Assembly: GCA_963748325.1 (NCBI GenBank)
Contig: CAVVIJ010000004.1
Span: 1,983,122-2,047,121, forward strand
From: an uncultured delta proteobacterium
GTDB lineage: Bacteria; Desulfobacterota; Desulfuromonadia; Geobacterales; Geobacteraceae
Direction of reading: 5' to 3'
Length of the DNA: 64,000 nt
Shown: one piece after another, positions 38,423 through 47,305 of the stretch
How the letters are laid out: each line of letters begins with the position of its first letter
Numbering within the stretch: the first letter of the stretch is position 1
Position numbers and translations under genes: made by a program
Notes under the pieces: model-generated
Told to the model about the DNA's origin: nothing
Databases searched by the model: none
Seen by the model: the letters and a program-made list of their open reading frames with translations, nothing else

Positions 38423-38797
38423 CTCTTGTTTCGCCTTCTGGGGAAACCAGGGACATCCATGACAAGTAACGTCAAGGGGTAAGCGGAGATAGCTCCACCG
38501 GTGGCCTCGTTTTCGCCCTCATCCTGTCCAATCTTTTTGATCTTTCAAGCGGTCCGCATGATCATGCGACCAGACATCCCTGTGCCGCACCTGGAATTTC
38601 ATACAATTGCGGAAGATTGAGTTAGGGCCAACCCGCCGCCTTTTCTGTTTTCAGAGAAGAAAAAATGGAGGGCGGTTCTCAATTTTTGACAAGCGGCAAA
38701 AAGAAATGTCAAGAGTTGATGGCTTGACCCCGCAAACGTTACCTCGTAAGCTGGGTTTAGTGTCGCTATTTTCTGCGAAAACAAAGGACTCGAACAT

Positions 38798-39805
38798 ATG
38801 AACGGACAGATCAGCAAGAAATCGGATTATGGCAGCAGGTCTCTGAAGCTGGAGACCCGTATTTTTCTCACAATAGCTCTCCTGTTCTTTGCCTCGCTCC
38901 TATCAGCACAGGTTTCAGTGGCTGACATTCTTCCTGTTACTCACATAAAATTCAGCAATCCCCAGGCTGTTGAGATTGAGGGATTGCCAATCGGCTCCGA
39001 CGGAACCCCGATAAGCACGGAAGAGCCCTTTCTTTCTCGCGATAATCGCTTTTTGTTTTTCAATAGCGGCAAAGAAGAAAACAACAAAGACCTGCATTAC
39101 GCTGAATCAATTAACAATAAATGGATCTATAAAGGGCAACTTGGACCAGATATAAATACCGTAAAAGAAGTAGAAGGAAATCCTACCATGGATAAAAATT
39201 ACAACTTTTTTTATATTGATTCCGGTGTCAAATCAATGGTTAGTATGGCACGGTTTTCCCCCGAGGACGGCACGCTTAGCATGAAGCATGAGCTCGAAGG
39301 TATCCCAGAACGTAAGGTAGCGCTTTTCAAACAAAGGTTGTACGGAAACATGGGTGTAGAAGTAAGTGCTGATGGATCATATTTGTTTTTCTCTCGTGCC
39401 ACCTGGAAATTACATGGTTTTGCAATAGGAACCATAACGGAATCGAACATCCTCTATATGAAAAAACAAAGTGGCCGATATGTTTATAACGAAAAAGAGT
39501 CTGAAAAGATAATGCGCAATGTCAATACATCTGATCTGGAATATGCAGCCTCGATCTCGAGCGATGGACTGGAACTGTTTTTTACGAGGGTAAAGATTGA
39601 AGATGTAGCGACAGGAAAAATTCGTTCCACAATAATGCATTCGACGAGAACATCCATAACAGAGGCTTTCGGTACGCCCACAATGGTCGAAGCTATCGGT
39701 AGTTCTGATTTAGTTGAGGGGCCGGCTATTTCCGCAGATGGAAGGGAACTGTACTACCACAAATACGATGGCAAGAAGTTTACATTGTATAAAGTCACCC
39801 GCTAA
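38798..39805 (+). CDS. secreted PD40/TolB-like beta-propeller repeat protein
   Basis: Signal/TM (IFLTIALLFFASLLSAQ). Recurrent S.DG..L(F/Y)F motifs (SRDNRFLFFNS, SADGSYLFFSR, SSDGLELFFTR, SADGRELYYHK). AT-rich. Confidence 0.6.
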   Translation: MNGQISKKSDYGSRSLKLETRIFLTIALLFFASLLSAQVSVADILPVTHIKFSNPQAVEIEGLPIGSDGTPISTEEPFLSRDNRFLFFNSGKEENNKDLHYAESINNKWIYKGQLGPDINTVKEVEGNPTMDKNYNFFYIDSGVKSMVSMARFSPEDGTLSMKHELEGIPERKVALFKQRLYGNMGVEVSADGSYLFFSRATWKLHGFAIGTITESNILYMKKQSGRYVYNEKESEKIMRNVNTSDLEYAASISSDGLELFFTRVKIEDVATGKIRSTIMHSTRTSITEAFGTPTMVEAIGSSDLVEGPAISADGRELYYHKYDGKKFTLYKVTR

Positions 39806-40066
39806 TTTGACGAATTTAGGGTAGAATACCGGAACACCATACCAAGTAACACCTCAAATCAGAGGGTATACGTGTGGTGTCCACCTATGTCCGGAAACTA
39901 TCTATGAGTGGCGGTCCGGCGCGGCGGAGGGACCCATGTCTTCGTCGTCTCCATCACTCATACGTTCCTCATCCCTCGATGATCGTCCCCGGCTCACCGT
40001 ACTGGAACCTGGGCATGGGCCACGACAAAGTGGATGTGCTCAGCGACGATGAAGCCCTTTTGGCCC

Positions 40067-40363
40067 TCATATCACAGACATCACCTTCCGGCTCTCCCAT
40101 GCTTCACTGTAGCGACCATTCCGATTCAACAGCTCTTCGTGACGCCCGGATTCGATGATTCTCCCGTTCCCCATAACGTGGATGACGTCCGCTTGCATGG
40201 TTGTCGTAAGCCGATGGCTTATAATGAGGACGGTACATCCTTCGGCGAGGGTTCGGAACCGGGAAAACCACTTGGCTTCAGACCAGATGTCGAGCATGCT
40301 GGTCGATTCATTGAGGATAATCAACTGGGCACGCTCAAGTTCTTTGTTCCTTTTGCGGAGCAT
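40067..40363 (-). pseudogene. C-terminal remnant of an ABC exporter ATPase domain
   Basis: ..LIILNESTSMLD (Walker B/D-loop)..GCTVLIISHRLTT (H-loop)..VMGNGRIIESGRHEELL. The Walker A/signature motif and the permease are absent. Confidence 0.75.
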
Positions 40364-40392
40364 ATTTGATGGACTCGCAATAAATCCATGAT

Positions 40393-40465
40393 GTCATCTC
40401 GACCGACAGGGAGAGATCTTATAACAGCCGGTAAAAGCAAGATTCCTCCCTCGGGTCGGAATGAC
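40393..40465. repeat. REP-like imperfect palindrome
   Basis: GTCATCTCGACCGACAGGGAG-31 nt-CTCCCTCGGGTCGGAATGAC. Confidence 0.65.
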
Positions 40466-40615
40466 AAAAAGAGGCAGTTTCCGGGTTTTTGCGATACCAT
40501 CATATTTGACTTATCACTATTCCGTGTTTAACTAAAACCATAATCCCGATAAAGCCAAAACCGTTATAAATCGGTTACGGAAAGCAACGGGTCTTACACG
40601 AAAGTCATTGAGACG

Positions 40616-40664
40616 GCCGAGCTACCGAAGGATACATATCCTTATGGTTGGCTCGGTTTTTTTT
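40616..40664 (+). terminator. strong intrinsic terminator in the leader region upstream of the Sel1 gene
   Basis: GCCGAGCTACCGAAGGAT-acat-ATCCTTATGGTTGGCTCGG followed by T8. No plus-strand gene ends upstream of it. Confidence 0.6.
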
Positions 40665-40829
40665 GTGAAAGAAACGTAACAAGCGGGCCGAAGAATTGGT
40701 CAACTATATATTATGGAATTGGTGGAAGCCAATAAAGTTTTGGGCAAGCCGGGGCGACTCTGGCTATGGGTAACCACATAAAAACATTTGTTAGGAGAGC
40801 AGCTTATCTGATTAAAGGAGAGGATGGCC

Positions 40830-42602
40830 ATGACAAAAAAAATGATTCCAGTCCTTTGTTTCCTCTTGTCGATGATGCCCGGCTGCCAGGATACAGATCA
40901 CTCTTCCTCCGCAGATAAGAGCAAACCGGCCGTTTCCATAGATCATTCTGATTCCACAGTTAAAAACTCGTCGTGGCCATTACCGCCGTTAATTTCCGGA
41001 GACTGGGAGACTGTTTCAAATGAAGAGGCAAAACAAGTCCTTGCAGACTTGAGACCACAACTGAAAGGGAAGGATCATGCAGTCTCGGAGAGGGTTACTC
41101 AAATCAGAAAACTTCGCTTGCCCTTCTATCCCGATGGGTATCTGTATGAAGGAAATACCACGCTTGAAACGGGTGAGCGGGGACTTCTGACCTTTGTCAA
41201 GTCCGGGAAACATATCATTGCTCTCGATGGGAGTGGCTCTACATTTCATAAATTTAACCGGAAAGCCCCGCTGTCTCTTTCTTCTCCTGACAGCGCCAAG
41301 GCCTATCTGAAATTTTTCTGCTCAGCTTTAACCGCTGAATTCGGCAGATTTGCCATAGTGGAGAGGCTTGACGAGATGCGATTGTCTCGCAATACATTGG
41401 ATTCTGTGCGTCATGAGCTTGTTAGCAAAATTAAACCTGTAGAAATCCAACGCAACCCAAAGACAACTGGCGCTGGGAAAAACGCCTATGAGGCGAAGGC
41501 ATTTTTAAGTTACGGCAATACACTCTTTTACGACGCTTTCGAAATCGAATCTGACGGTTCGGTCGTCATGAAGAATGATGAGCCTGTGGTACAGAACATA
41601 CCGATTGAAATGGAAAGGTTTGCGGGTCCATTACGGTTGGGTATTAAAGCAAAAAATAATGAGACTATTTCCGAGGGAGATGCAGGAACACATTACAATC
41701 TCGGGTTAGATGCATACAATAAAAAAGATTATAAGGAAGCATTGAAACAGTTTCGTCTTGCCGCAAACCAGGGGCATGCCAAAGCTCAAAACAACCTTGG
41801 AGTCATGTATGACAATGGACAAGGCGTCCCACAAGACTACAAGGAAGCGGCAAAGTGGTTTCGCCTAGCCGCTGACCAAGGGTATGCCAGAGCCCAACGT
41901 AACCTCGGCATCATGTACGAAAGCGGCCGAGGCATGCCGGAGGACTACGGGGAGGCTGGGAAATGGTATCGCAAGGCGGCCGACCAGGGGGATGCTGAGG
42001 CACAATTCTATCTCGGTCAATTTTATGACGAAGGACAAGGTGTGCCCAAGAATGATAGCGAGGCAGTGAAGTGGTATCGCAAGGCGGCCGACCAAGGTTA
42101 TGCCCCTGCCCAATTGAAAAATAAACACATAACACCACAAACGAATAATGTGCCGACGGTACCTTCTGACAATATAAAGTCACAAGCACTAAAGTTTCTT
42201 GACGAGAAGATAATTTCGATAAAAAAAGAGAAGGCTGAGAACGAAAAAGAGCAAGGAAAGATCAAACAGGACCTTACAATAATCAATAAGAAAATTACCA
42301 AATACAATCAGGAACTTACTCAGAACAATCAAGAGATTGCCAAGGGCAAAAAGAATATTGCCGAATTACGGTTCAAACTTGGTGTTAACGCTCTTGAGTT
42401 AAAAAATTACAAAGAGGCAGTTAAACAGTTTCAATTGGCGGCCGACCAGGGGCATGCCAAGGCCCAGTTCAACCTAGGCGTCATGTATGCTAAAGGAGAA
42501 GGCGTGCCCAGGGACGACCGGGAAGCGGTGAAGTGGTATCGCAAGGCGGCCGACCAGGGGGACGCTGATGCCAAAAAAGCGCTTACGATGTTTAACGAAT
42601 AA
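40830..42602 (+). CDS. Sel1-repeat (SLR) lipoprotein with a central coiled-coil
   Basis: MTKKMIPVLCFLLSMMPGC lipobox (alternative ATG at 40824). It has at least 5 repeats of ..AQ.NLG.MY..G.GVP.D..EA.KWYRKAADQG... Confidence 0.85.
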   Translation: MTKKMIPVLCFLLSMMPGCQDTDHSSSADKSKPAVSIDHSDSTVKNSSWPLPPLISGDWETVSNEEAKQVLADLRPQLKGKDHAVSERVTQIRKLRLPFYPDGYLYEGNTTLETGERGLLTFVKSGKHIIALDGSGSTFHKFNRKAPLSLSSPDSAKAYLKFFCSALTAEFGRFAIVERLDEMRLSRNTLDSVRHELVSKIKPVEIQRNPKTTGAGKNAYEAKAFLSYGNTLFYDAFEIESDGSVVMKNDEPVVQNIPIEMERFAGPLRLGIKAKNNETISEGDAGTHYNLGLDAYNKKDYKEALKQFRLAANQGHAKAQNNLGVMYDNGQGVPQDYKEAAKWFRLAADQGYARAQRNLGIMYESGRGMPEDYGEAGKWYRKAADQGDAEAQFYLGQFYDEGQGVPKNDSEAVKWYRKAADQGYAPAQLKNKHITPQTNNVPTVPSDNIKSQALKFLDEKIISIKKEKAENEKEQGKIKQDLTIINKKITKYNQELTQNNQEIAKGKKNIAELRFKLGVNALELKNYKEAVKQFQLAADQGHAKAQFNLGVMYAKGEGVPRDDREAVKWYRKAADQGDADAKKALTMFNE

Positions 42603-42644
42603 ACTTCGGCTCCGACATTCGACAATCCTGTCGCCTCTCGCTGG

Positions 42645-42881
42645 ATGGCTCAGTGCGAAAAGGAATGGCAGCCATCCAATCTTCCCGGCGCAATCACGAA
42701 GCAGGGGAATTACGATTGGTGCCAATGCCTGGTCAATGAGATGGCCCGAAAGAAGAGTGAAATTTCCGAGAGTATCAGCAGAGCCCTGGCAGCTGACTTC
42801 AGGGAAAGTCTCGGCAAGGTGTGGTCCGATGTCAGAAATGCAGACTATTATTTCGGACGATGTTTTGGCAACAGGCGATAG
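42645..42881 (+). CDS. small Cys-containing hypothetical protein (doubtful)
   Basis: 78-aa ORF with no RBS, in the same frame as the Sel1 ORF 42 nt downstream of its TAA. Confidence 0.25.
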   Translation: MAQCEKEWQPSNLPGAITKQGNYDWCQCLVNEMARKKSEISESISRALAADFRESLGKVWSDVRNADYYFGRCFGNRR

Positions 42882-43119
42882 CCGTTTGTTTCATAGTAAA
42901 GCCAGATGACCATACACGCTGATGGAGAATTAAGGTGACATAATTGAATCGGCTCGAATTTAACCTGTCATAGGTTCAAAAGGCCGGCCCACCAAAAGGC
43001 ATTGCTAGGCTGGATCCAGTTTTTACGATGCTGGTAGGTAACAGTTCTACGCTGATGGTTCTCGATATTAGCAGTCGATCAACTGGATACAGTACGTCCT
43101 CTTACATAAGGAGGAAGAT

Positions 43120-44327
43120 ATGAAATATACAAAGCTGCTGATCATATTCATCTCTGCAATTGTAGCTTCCACAGGGTGCAACAAGAAAAATGGCGATGAA
43201 GCTATGTCGCGTGCAAACTTGGCAAGAACAGGTGTTTATCACACCAATGCACCACAGAAAACAGCCACACTAAAGTGGAAATTCAAGACTGAAGGTAGTA
43301 TTAATTCCTCCCCAGCGATAACCGATGGAGTCGTCTTATTGGAAGCGGAGATAGCAATCTTTATGCAGTGGACATTAAGACCGGGCAGGAAAAATGGCGG
43401 TTCAAGACGGGAGATCCGGTCTATTCTTCCCCTGCGATAACCGATGGAGTCGTCATTTCGGAAGCCTTGACAGCAATCTCTATGCAGTGGACATTAAGAC
43501 CGGGCAGGAAAAATGGCGGTTCAAGACGGGAGATCCGGTCTATTCCTCCCCTGCGATAACCGATGGAGTCGTCTATTTCGGAAGTCTTGACAGCAATCTC
43601 TATGCAGTGGACATTAAGACCGGGCAGGAAAAATGGCGGTTCAAGACTGAAAATGGTATTGATTCCTCCCCCGCTGTAGTCGACGGTGCCGTTTTTTTCG
43701 CAAGTCTTGATAAAAACCTCTACGCGGTTGACATAAAAACAGGGCAGGAAAAATGGCGGTTCAAGGCTAAAAATGGAAATTTTGGTCCGGCCATAGACAA
43801 CGGTGTCGTATATTCTGCAGGACTGGGTAGCAGCCTTTATGCTGTTGACATTAAAACGGGGCAGGAAAAATGGCGGTTTAAAACTGAGACTTTAAGTTGG
43901 CCCTCAAGCCGGCAGTATTCAATGGTGTCGTATATTTCGGAAGTGGAACGTTATCCAAAGAGGGGGGGTTTAGTACGGATGGCAATCTCTATGCAGTTGA
44001 TGCCAAAACAGGGCAGGAAAAATGGCGGTTTAAAACTGGTGCAATCCTTTCTCCTCCAACTATAGCCGATGGCGTCGTCTATATTGGAAGTATTGATAAT
44101 AATCTCTATGCGGTTGACATCGAATCAGGGCAGGAAAAATGGCGGTTCAAGACTGAAGGTAATTCATGTGTTCTTCGGCCATATCTGATGGGGTCGTCTA
44201 TTTCGGCAATGAGGATCACAATCTGTATGCGATAGCAGATCATATTGACGGACCTTTGCACATTCATGCCGGGTCAAAAAAAGGAAATGGGGAAATGCGC
44301 AGGCATCTACAAAAACATCGAGCTTAG
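43120..44327 (+). pseudogene. PQQ-like beta-propeller repeat lipoprotein, broken by at least 4 frameshifts
   Basis: MKYTKLLIIFISAIVASTGC lipobox. It has about 8 units of LYAVDIKTGQEKWRFKT....SSPAI.DGVVYFGS, spread over listed ORFs 43120..43440, 43368..43559, 43394..44065 and 43897..44235 plus a fifth frame to the TAG at 44325. Confidence 0.8.
43242..43650 (+). repeat. 120-bp tandem repeats (near-identical copies 43362-43480, 43481-43600, partial 43601-43650)
   Basis: tatgcagtggacattaagaccgggcaggaaaaatggcggttcaagacgggagatccggtctattc.tcccctgcgataaccgatggagtcgtc.. recurs with a period of 119/120 nt. Confidence 0.9.
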
Positions 44328-44344
44328 TCACCGTTACCGACCGC

Positions 44345-44815
44345 GTGATTCGTACCGGAGGGAGCGATGACTCCATGCCTGAGGCAGATGAGTGGGCCGG
44401 AAACTATGCCAATTCGAAATATGTGAGTGACGCAACCATTCTTGGAAAAATCCCCGCAGTTCGGCTCAGTATGCTCCCTAATTCACAAGCATTGCAGTGG
44501 ATTGGCCAAGAGGAGATGGCATCGATTGTCAGTGCTGCCGTCTTGAAAGAAGGATTGAAAATTACTACTGATTCCAGGTATGAGCTGATAGTCCGGATAA
44601 TGACAAATCATCAATCTATTGAGCAATACATACCGGCAGCCGGTGGGATGAACTATCATAAAGTTCACCAAATATTCGTTTCGGTGAATTTTGTGACCAG
44701 GGTGCCGGTGCTTAGACAAGGCCGCTTCGACATGATGCCGGTGATATGGCCGGTAACTGGGGGAAATCCGGAGGACCGGGAAATTTTACGAAAGAATATC
44801 TGCGTGGAGAAATAA
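44345..44815 (+). CDS. hypothetical protein, N-terminal ORF of an overlapping pair
   Basis: 156-aa ORF (GTG start; alternative ATG at 44375). It overlaps the next ORF by 70 nt in another frame. Confidence 0.4.
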   Translation: MIRTGGSDDSMPEADEWAGNYANSKYVSDATILGKIPAVRLSMLPNSQALQWIGQEEMASIVSAAVLKEGLKITTDSRYELIVRIMTNHQSIEQYIPAAGGMNYHKVHQIFVSVNFVTRVPVLRQGRFDMMPVIWPVTGGNPEDREILRKNICVEK

Positions 44816-45420
44816 AGGACCTTATTTCTAGCATGTTTTCCGACCTTCGTGAAAATAGTATTTCCGAAGACAGCGAACATGAGAGGCAATGGAAGCGTTC
44901 TCTCTGGCCGGCTGCAAAGAATTCCACCATGTATTTTTCCTACAGAAATGCTACGGAAACTGACAAATCAGTTACTCCAAAAGTGCTTGTCGGCGGGGAG
45001 ACCGTCAAACCCGTCGACGTCAAATTTTATTTTGATGCTGGGAAGTATCTTACAATCTCACAGGTAAAAAATATCCTTGAAGCCCAGTTGCAGAATTCAG
45101 GAATACGGATTGGCCCTGAAAGTGACATCAGTCTGCTCTATGAGGTGGGCATATATATTGACGATAGCAACATGATGGCACGGACACTTGGATGGGGGAT
45201 CCAGGCTGCACCTTATGCGGACGATTTCGGTATCATCCGCATTTGGCAGGATAATGTGGTGTTTAACCTTAACGGCGAATTTGTGCGAGCCAAGGTCGGA
45301 CTCGAACTAGAAAACATACTACCGGTCATGGCACCGCTCGAATTAAACCATTATGCACTCAAGACGCTTATTGCCACGCAAACCGACAGTTTTGTGCATA
45401 GGCTACTGAAATCGCGGTAA
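44746..45420 (+). CDS. hypothetical protein, C-terminal ORF of an overlapping pair
   Basis: 224-aa ORF. I recognise no family. It may be the continuation of 44345..44815 after a frameshift near the G5 run at ~44757. Confidence 0.4.
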   Translation: MAGNWGKSGGPGNFTKEYLRGEIKDLISSMFSDLRENSISEDSEHERQWKRSLWPAAKNSTMYFSYRNATETDKSVTPKVLVGGETVKPVDVKFYFDAGKYLTISQVKNILEAQLQNSGIRIGPESDISLLYEVGIYIDDSNMMARTLGWGIQAAPYADDFGIIRIWQDNVVFNLNGEFVRAKVGLELENILPVMAPLELNHYALKTLIATQTDSFVHRLLKSR

Positions 45421-45827
45421 ACGGACGAAGTCGATGAACTGATCTCTAAAAATACTCGGCGTCAGGGACCCCCCGCAGAGAATAGTATTCCCTGGACAAT
45501 CGGGAAGCAGCTAAATCGTATCGTAAGGCGGCCGGCAAAGGTAACGTTCAGGCCAAAAAAAACCTAGTGGTCATGAAGGTAAACAGGCGAGCCGTGCCCA
45601 AGGATTTCAGCGAAGCGATAAAATGGTATCAGTTGGGGAAATCACTCAGAAACGATTCTCGTTGAGAAACGGCCAGCCAATCCTTGGAGCAAGGCCGCCA
45701 TGAGTAATCTAGGTTAAATGAAAATTCCAGTCCTAACGGCGAGTTGATGTGGAAAGGTTCTGTCAAGGGACTGCAGAGGCGGACGCCGATTGTGGCATTA
45801 AATACATTGAGTAATGAAGGAAGGAGT

Positions 45828-46040
45828 ATGAAACGAGCGATACTGTCGGCGATGCATTGGGAGCTCCCGTTGAATTTCTCTCGATGGAGCAGATAATAAA
45901 GACGTACGGTGAATTGGGGATTACTTATTTCGAAGAATGCTATGGTAGAAAAGTCGCTATTACCGACGACACACAGATGACCCTTTTTACCGCTGAAGGC
46001 ATTCTTCGGGCCGAGTGTAGAGTTGTTTACAGGGGAATGA
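45828..46040 (+). pseudogene. ADP-ribosylglycohydrolase N-terminal remnant
   Basis: AAGGAG-ATG(45828) MKRAIL.. then (shifted) GDALGAPVEFLSMEQIIKTYG..KVAITDDTQMTLFTAEGILRAE. The rest of the ~300-aa family is absent. Confidence 0.6.
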
Positions 46041-46072
46041 ACATTCCAGAAAATACAGTGAGGAGGCTTGCG

Positions 46073-46498
46073 ATGAAGACTAATTCAAGACATGTAGATT
46101 TGATGCTGGTTATTGCGTTTGTAATCGTGCTCATTTCGGGGATGGCTATTCTTCCTTGCCAAGCATCGGCTGCCGGTGGTCCAACAGAGGCTCAGATGCG
46201 CGCGGCAGTTGAAGTTTTTAACGAAATCTGGGTCAGATCGACTAACATGGATTGGGGTCGGAGGGGCGCATTGAGGATTATACCGATATACTTCAAAAAA
46301 AAATCATGCGTCGCTTTAAATCCTGGATTGAAATATGAATGTACTTATGTGTCCGCTCAAAAAATGGTTGGGCCTATGGCTGACATGCCGTGGGCTCGCG
46401 CCAATAACGAGCAAATGATGATTAAACGAGAAGGCGTCGGCATATTTGTTTATCGCGGAAAAGGTGTCTGGAAATTTATTTCGACAGCTAATGACTAG
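46073..46498 (+). CDS. small secreted/membrane-anchored hypothetical protein
   Basis: GAGGAGG then ATG at 46073: MKTNSRHVDLMLVIAFVIVLISGMAILPCQASAAG.. It is the in-frame tail of listed ORF 45857..46498. Confidence 0.5.
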   Translation: MKTNSRHVDLMLVIAFVIVLISGMAILPCQASAAGGPTEAQMRAAVEVFNEIWVRSTNMDWGRRGALRIIPIYFKKKSCVALNPGLKYECTYVSAQKMVGPMADMPWARANNEQMMIKREGVGIFVYRGKGVWKFISTAND

Positions 46499-46568
46499 TG
46501 CTAAGGATACTGTCCGCATTCTTATTTCATTCAGGGAGTCTCTATCCAACACTCATGAAAAAAATTGC

Positions 46569-46597
46569 TTGACACATTAACATGACCGGTCTAATTT
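46569..46597 (+). promoter_or_regulatory. sigma70-like promoter with an embedded GACCGGTC palindrome upstream of the TetR gene
   Basis: TTGACA-17 nt-TAATTT, ending 6 nt before the ATG at 46604. GACCGGTC is at 46584-46591. Confidence 0.55.
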
Positions 46598-46603
46598 AAA
46601 ATT

Positions 46604-47203
46604 ATGAAAAGAATTCACAGCAAAGACGAGATAGTGCAGGTGGGATTGGACATCATTTTAAGCAAAGGATTCAGCGCTACCGGTGTTGAAGCCATCCTGA
46701 AGCAGGCGAACGTGCCTAAAGGTTCGTTTTATAACTTCTTCACCAGCAAAGAAGAATTCGGCCTGGCGATAATCGACAAATATGTCGAAGAAGCAGGTGC
46801 ACATTTCAGCGCCATTTTCAATGATGAATCTCTACCACCACTGGAACGCATTAGAAAAAGTTTTGAAACACGAATTACCAGATTTGAAGGCTATGATTGC
46901 AGCAAGGGGTGTCTGATTGGAAATTTAAGTTTGGAAATGTCCGATCATTACGAGAGAGTCCGGGAACGTCTTGAACAAGCTCTGCAAGGATGGGCGAAGG
47001 GTTTGTCCACATTACTACTTCAAGCACAGAGGGAGAAAACCATCCCGGAAGATTTGGATCCTGAAATGCTGGCAGAGAATTTGATCTCATCATTCGAAGG
47101 TGCACTGCTACGCTCCAAGGTCAAGAAATCACCTGAACCATTGAAGAATTTCATCTATTTATACTTCGATAGATTTCTGGCTCAAAAAAGAGACAGCTAC
47201 TAA
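46604..47203 (+). CDS. TetR/AcrR-family transcriptional regulator
   Basis: IVQVGLDIILSKGFSATGVEAILKQANVPKGSFYNFFTSKEEF. Confidence 0.85.
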   Translation: MKRIHSKDEIVQVGLDIILSKGFSATGVEAILKQANVPKGSFYNFFTSKEEFGLAIIDKYVEEAGAHFSAIFNDESLPPLERIRKSFETRITRFEGYDCSKGCLIGNLSLEMSDHYERVRERLEQALQGWAKGLSTLLLQAQREKTIPEDLDPEMLAENLISSFEGALLRSKVKKSPEPLKNFIYLYFDRFLAQKRDSY

Positions 47204-47231
47204 GTCGCTACATTTTTTTGCACTGTATTAC

Positions 47232-47245
47232 ATAGACCGGTCTAT
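47232..47245. promoter_or_regulatory. perfect 14-bp palindrome ATAGACCGGTCTAT upstream of the 4Fe-4S gene
   Basis: Read directly. It shares the GACCGGTC core with 46584-46591. Confidence 0.55.
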
Positions 47246-47305
47246 TTTATACATTATTTCAAATCGAAAAAATGGCTTAGGTTTCAGGAAGAAAAGGAAC
47301 AGACA

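Noticed and set aside
40540-40615. Possible cyclic-di-GMP (GEMM) riboswitch in the Sel1 leader (GGAAAGCAACGGGTC..ACGAAAG..GAGACGG).
   Set aside because: The order and spacing of the conserved GEMM-I/II elements, as I recall them, do not match. I kept it only as a generic leader/terminator observation.
42603-42881. The 78-aa ORF lies in the same frame as the Sel1 gene, 42 nt after its TAA (possible read-through extension).
   Set aside because: Same-frame placement has a one-in-three chance. TAA is a strong stop, and there is no supporting similarity.
43242-43650. Regularly spaced direct repeats that could be mistaken for a CRISPR array.
   Set aside because: The period is 120 bp with no unique spacers. 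The repeats encode PQQ-propeller blades (LYAVDIKTGQEKWRFKT..).
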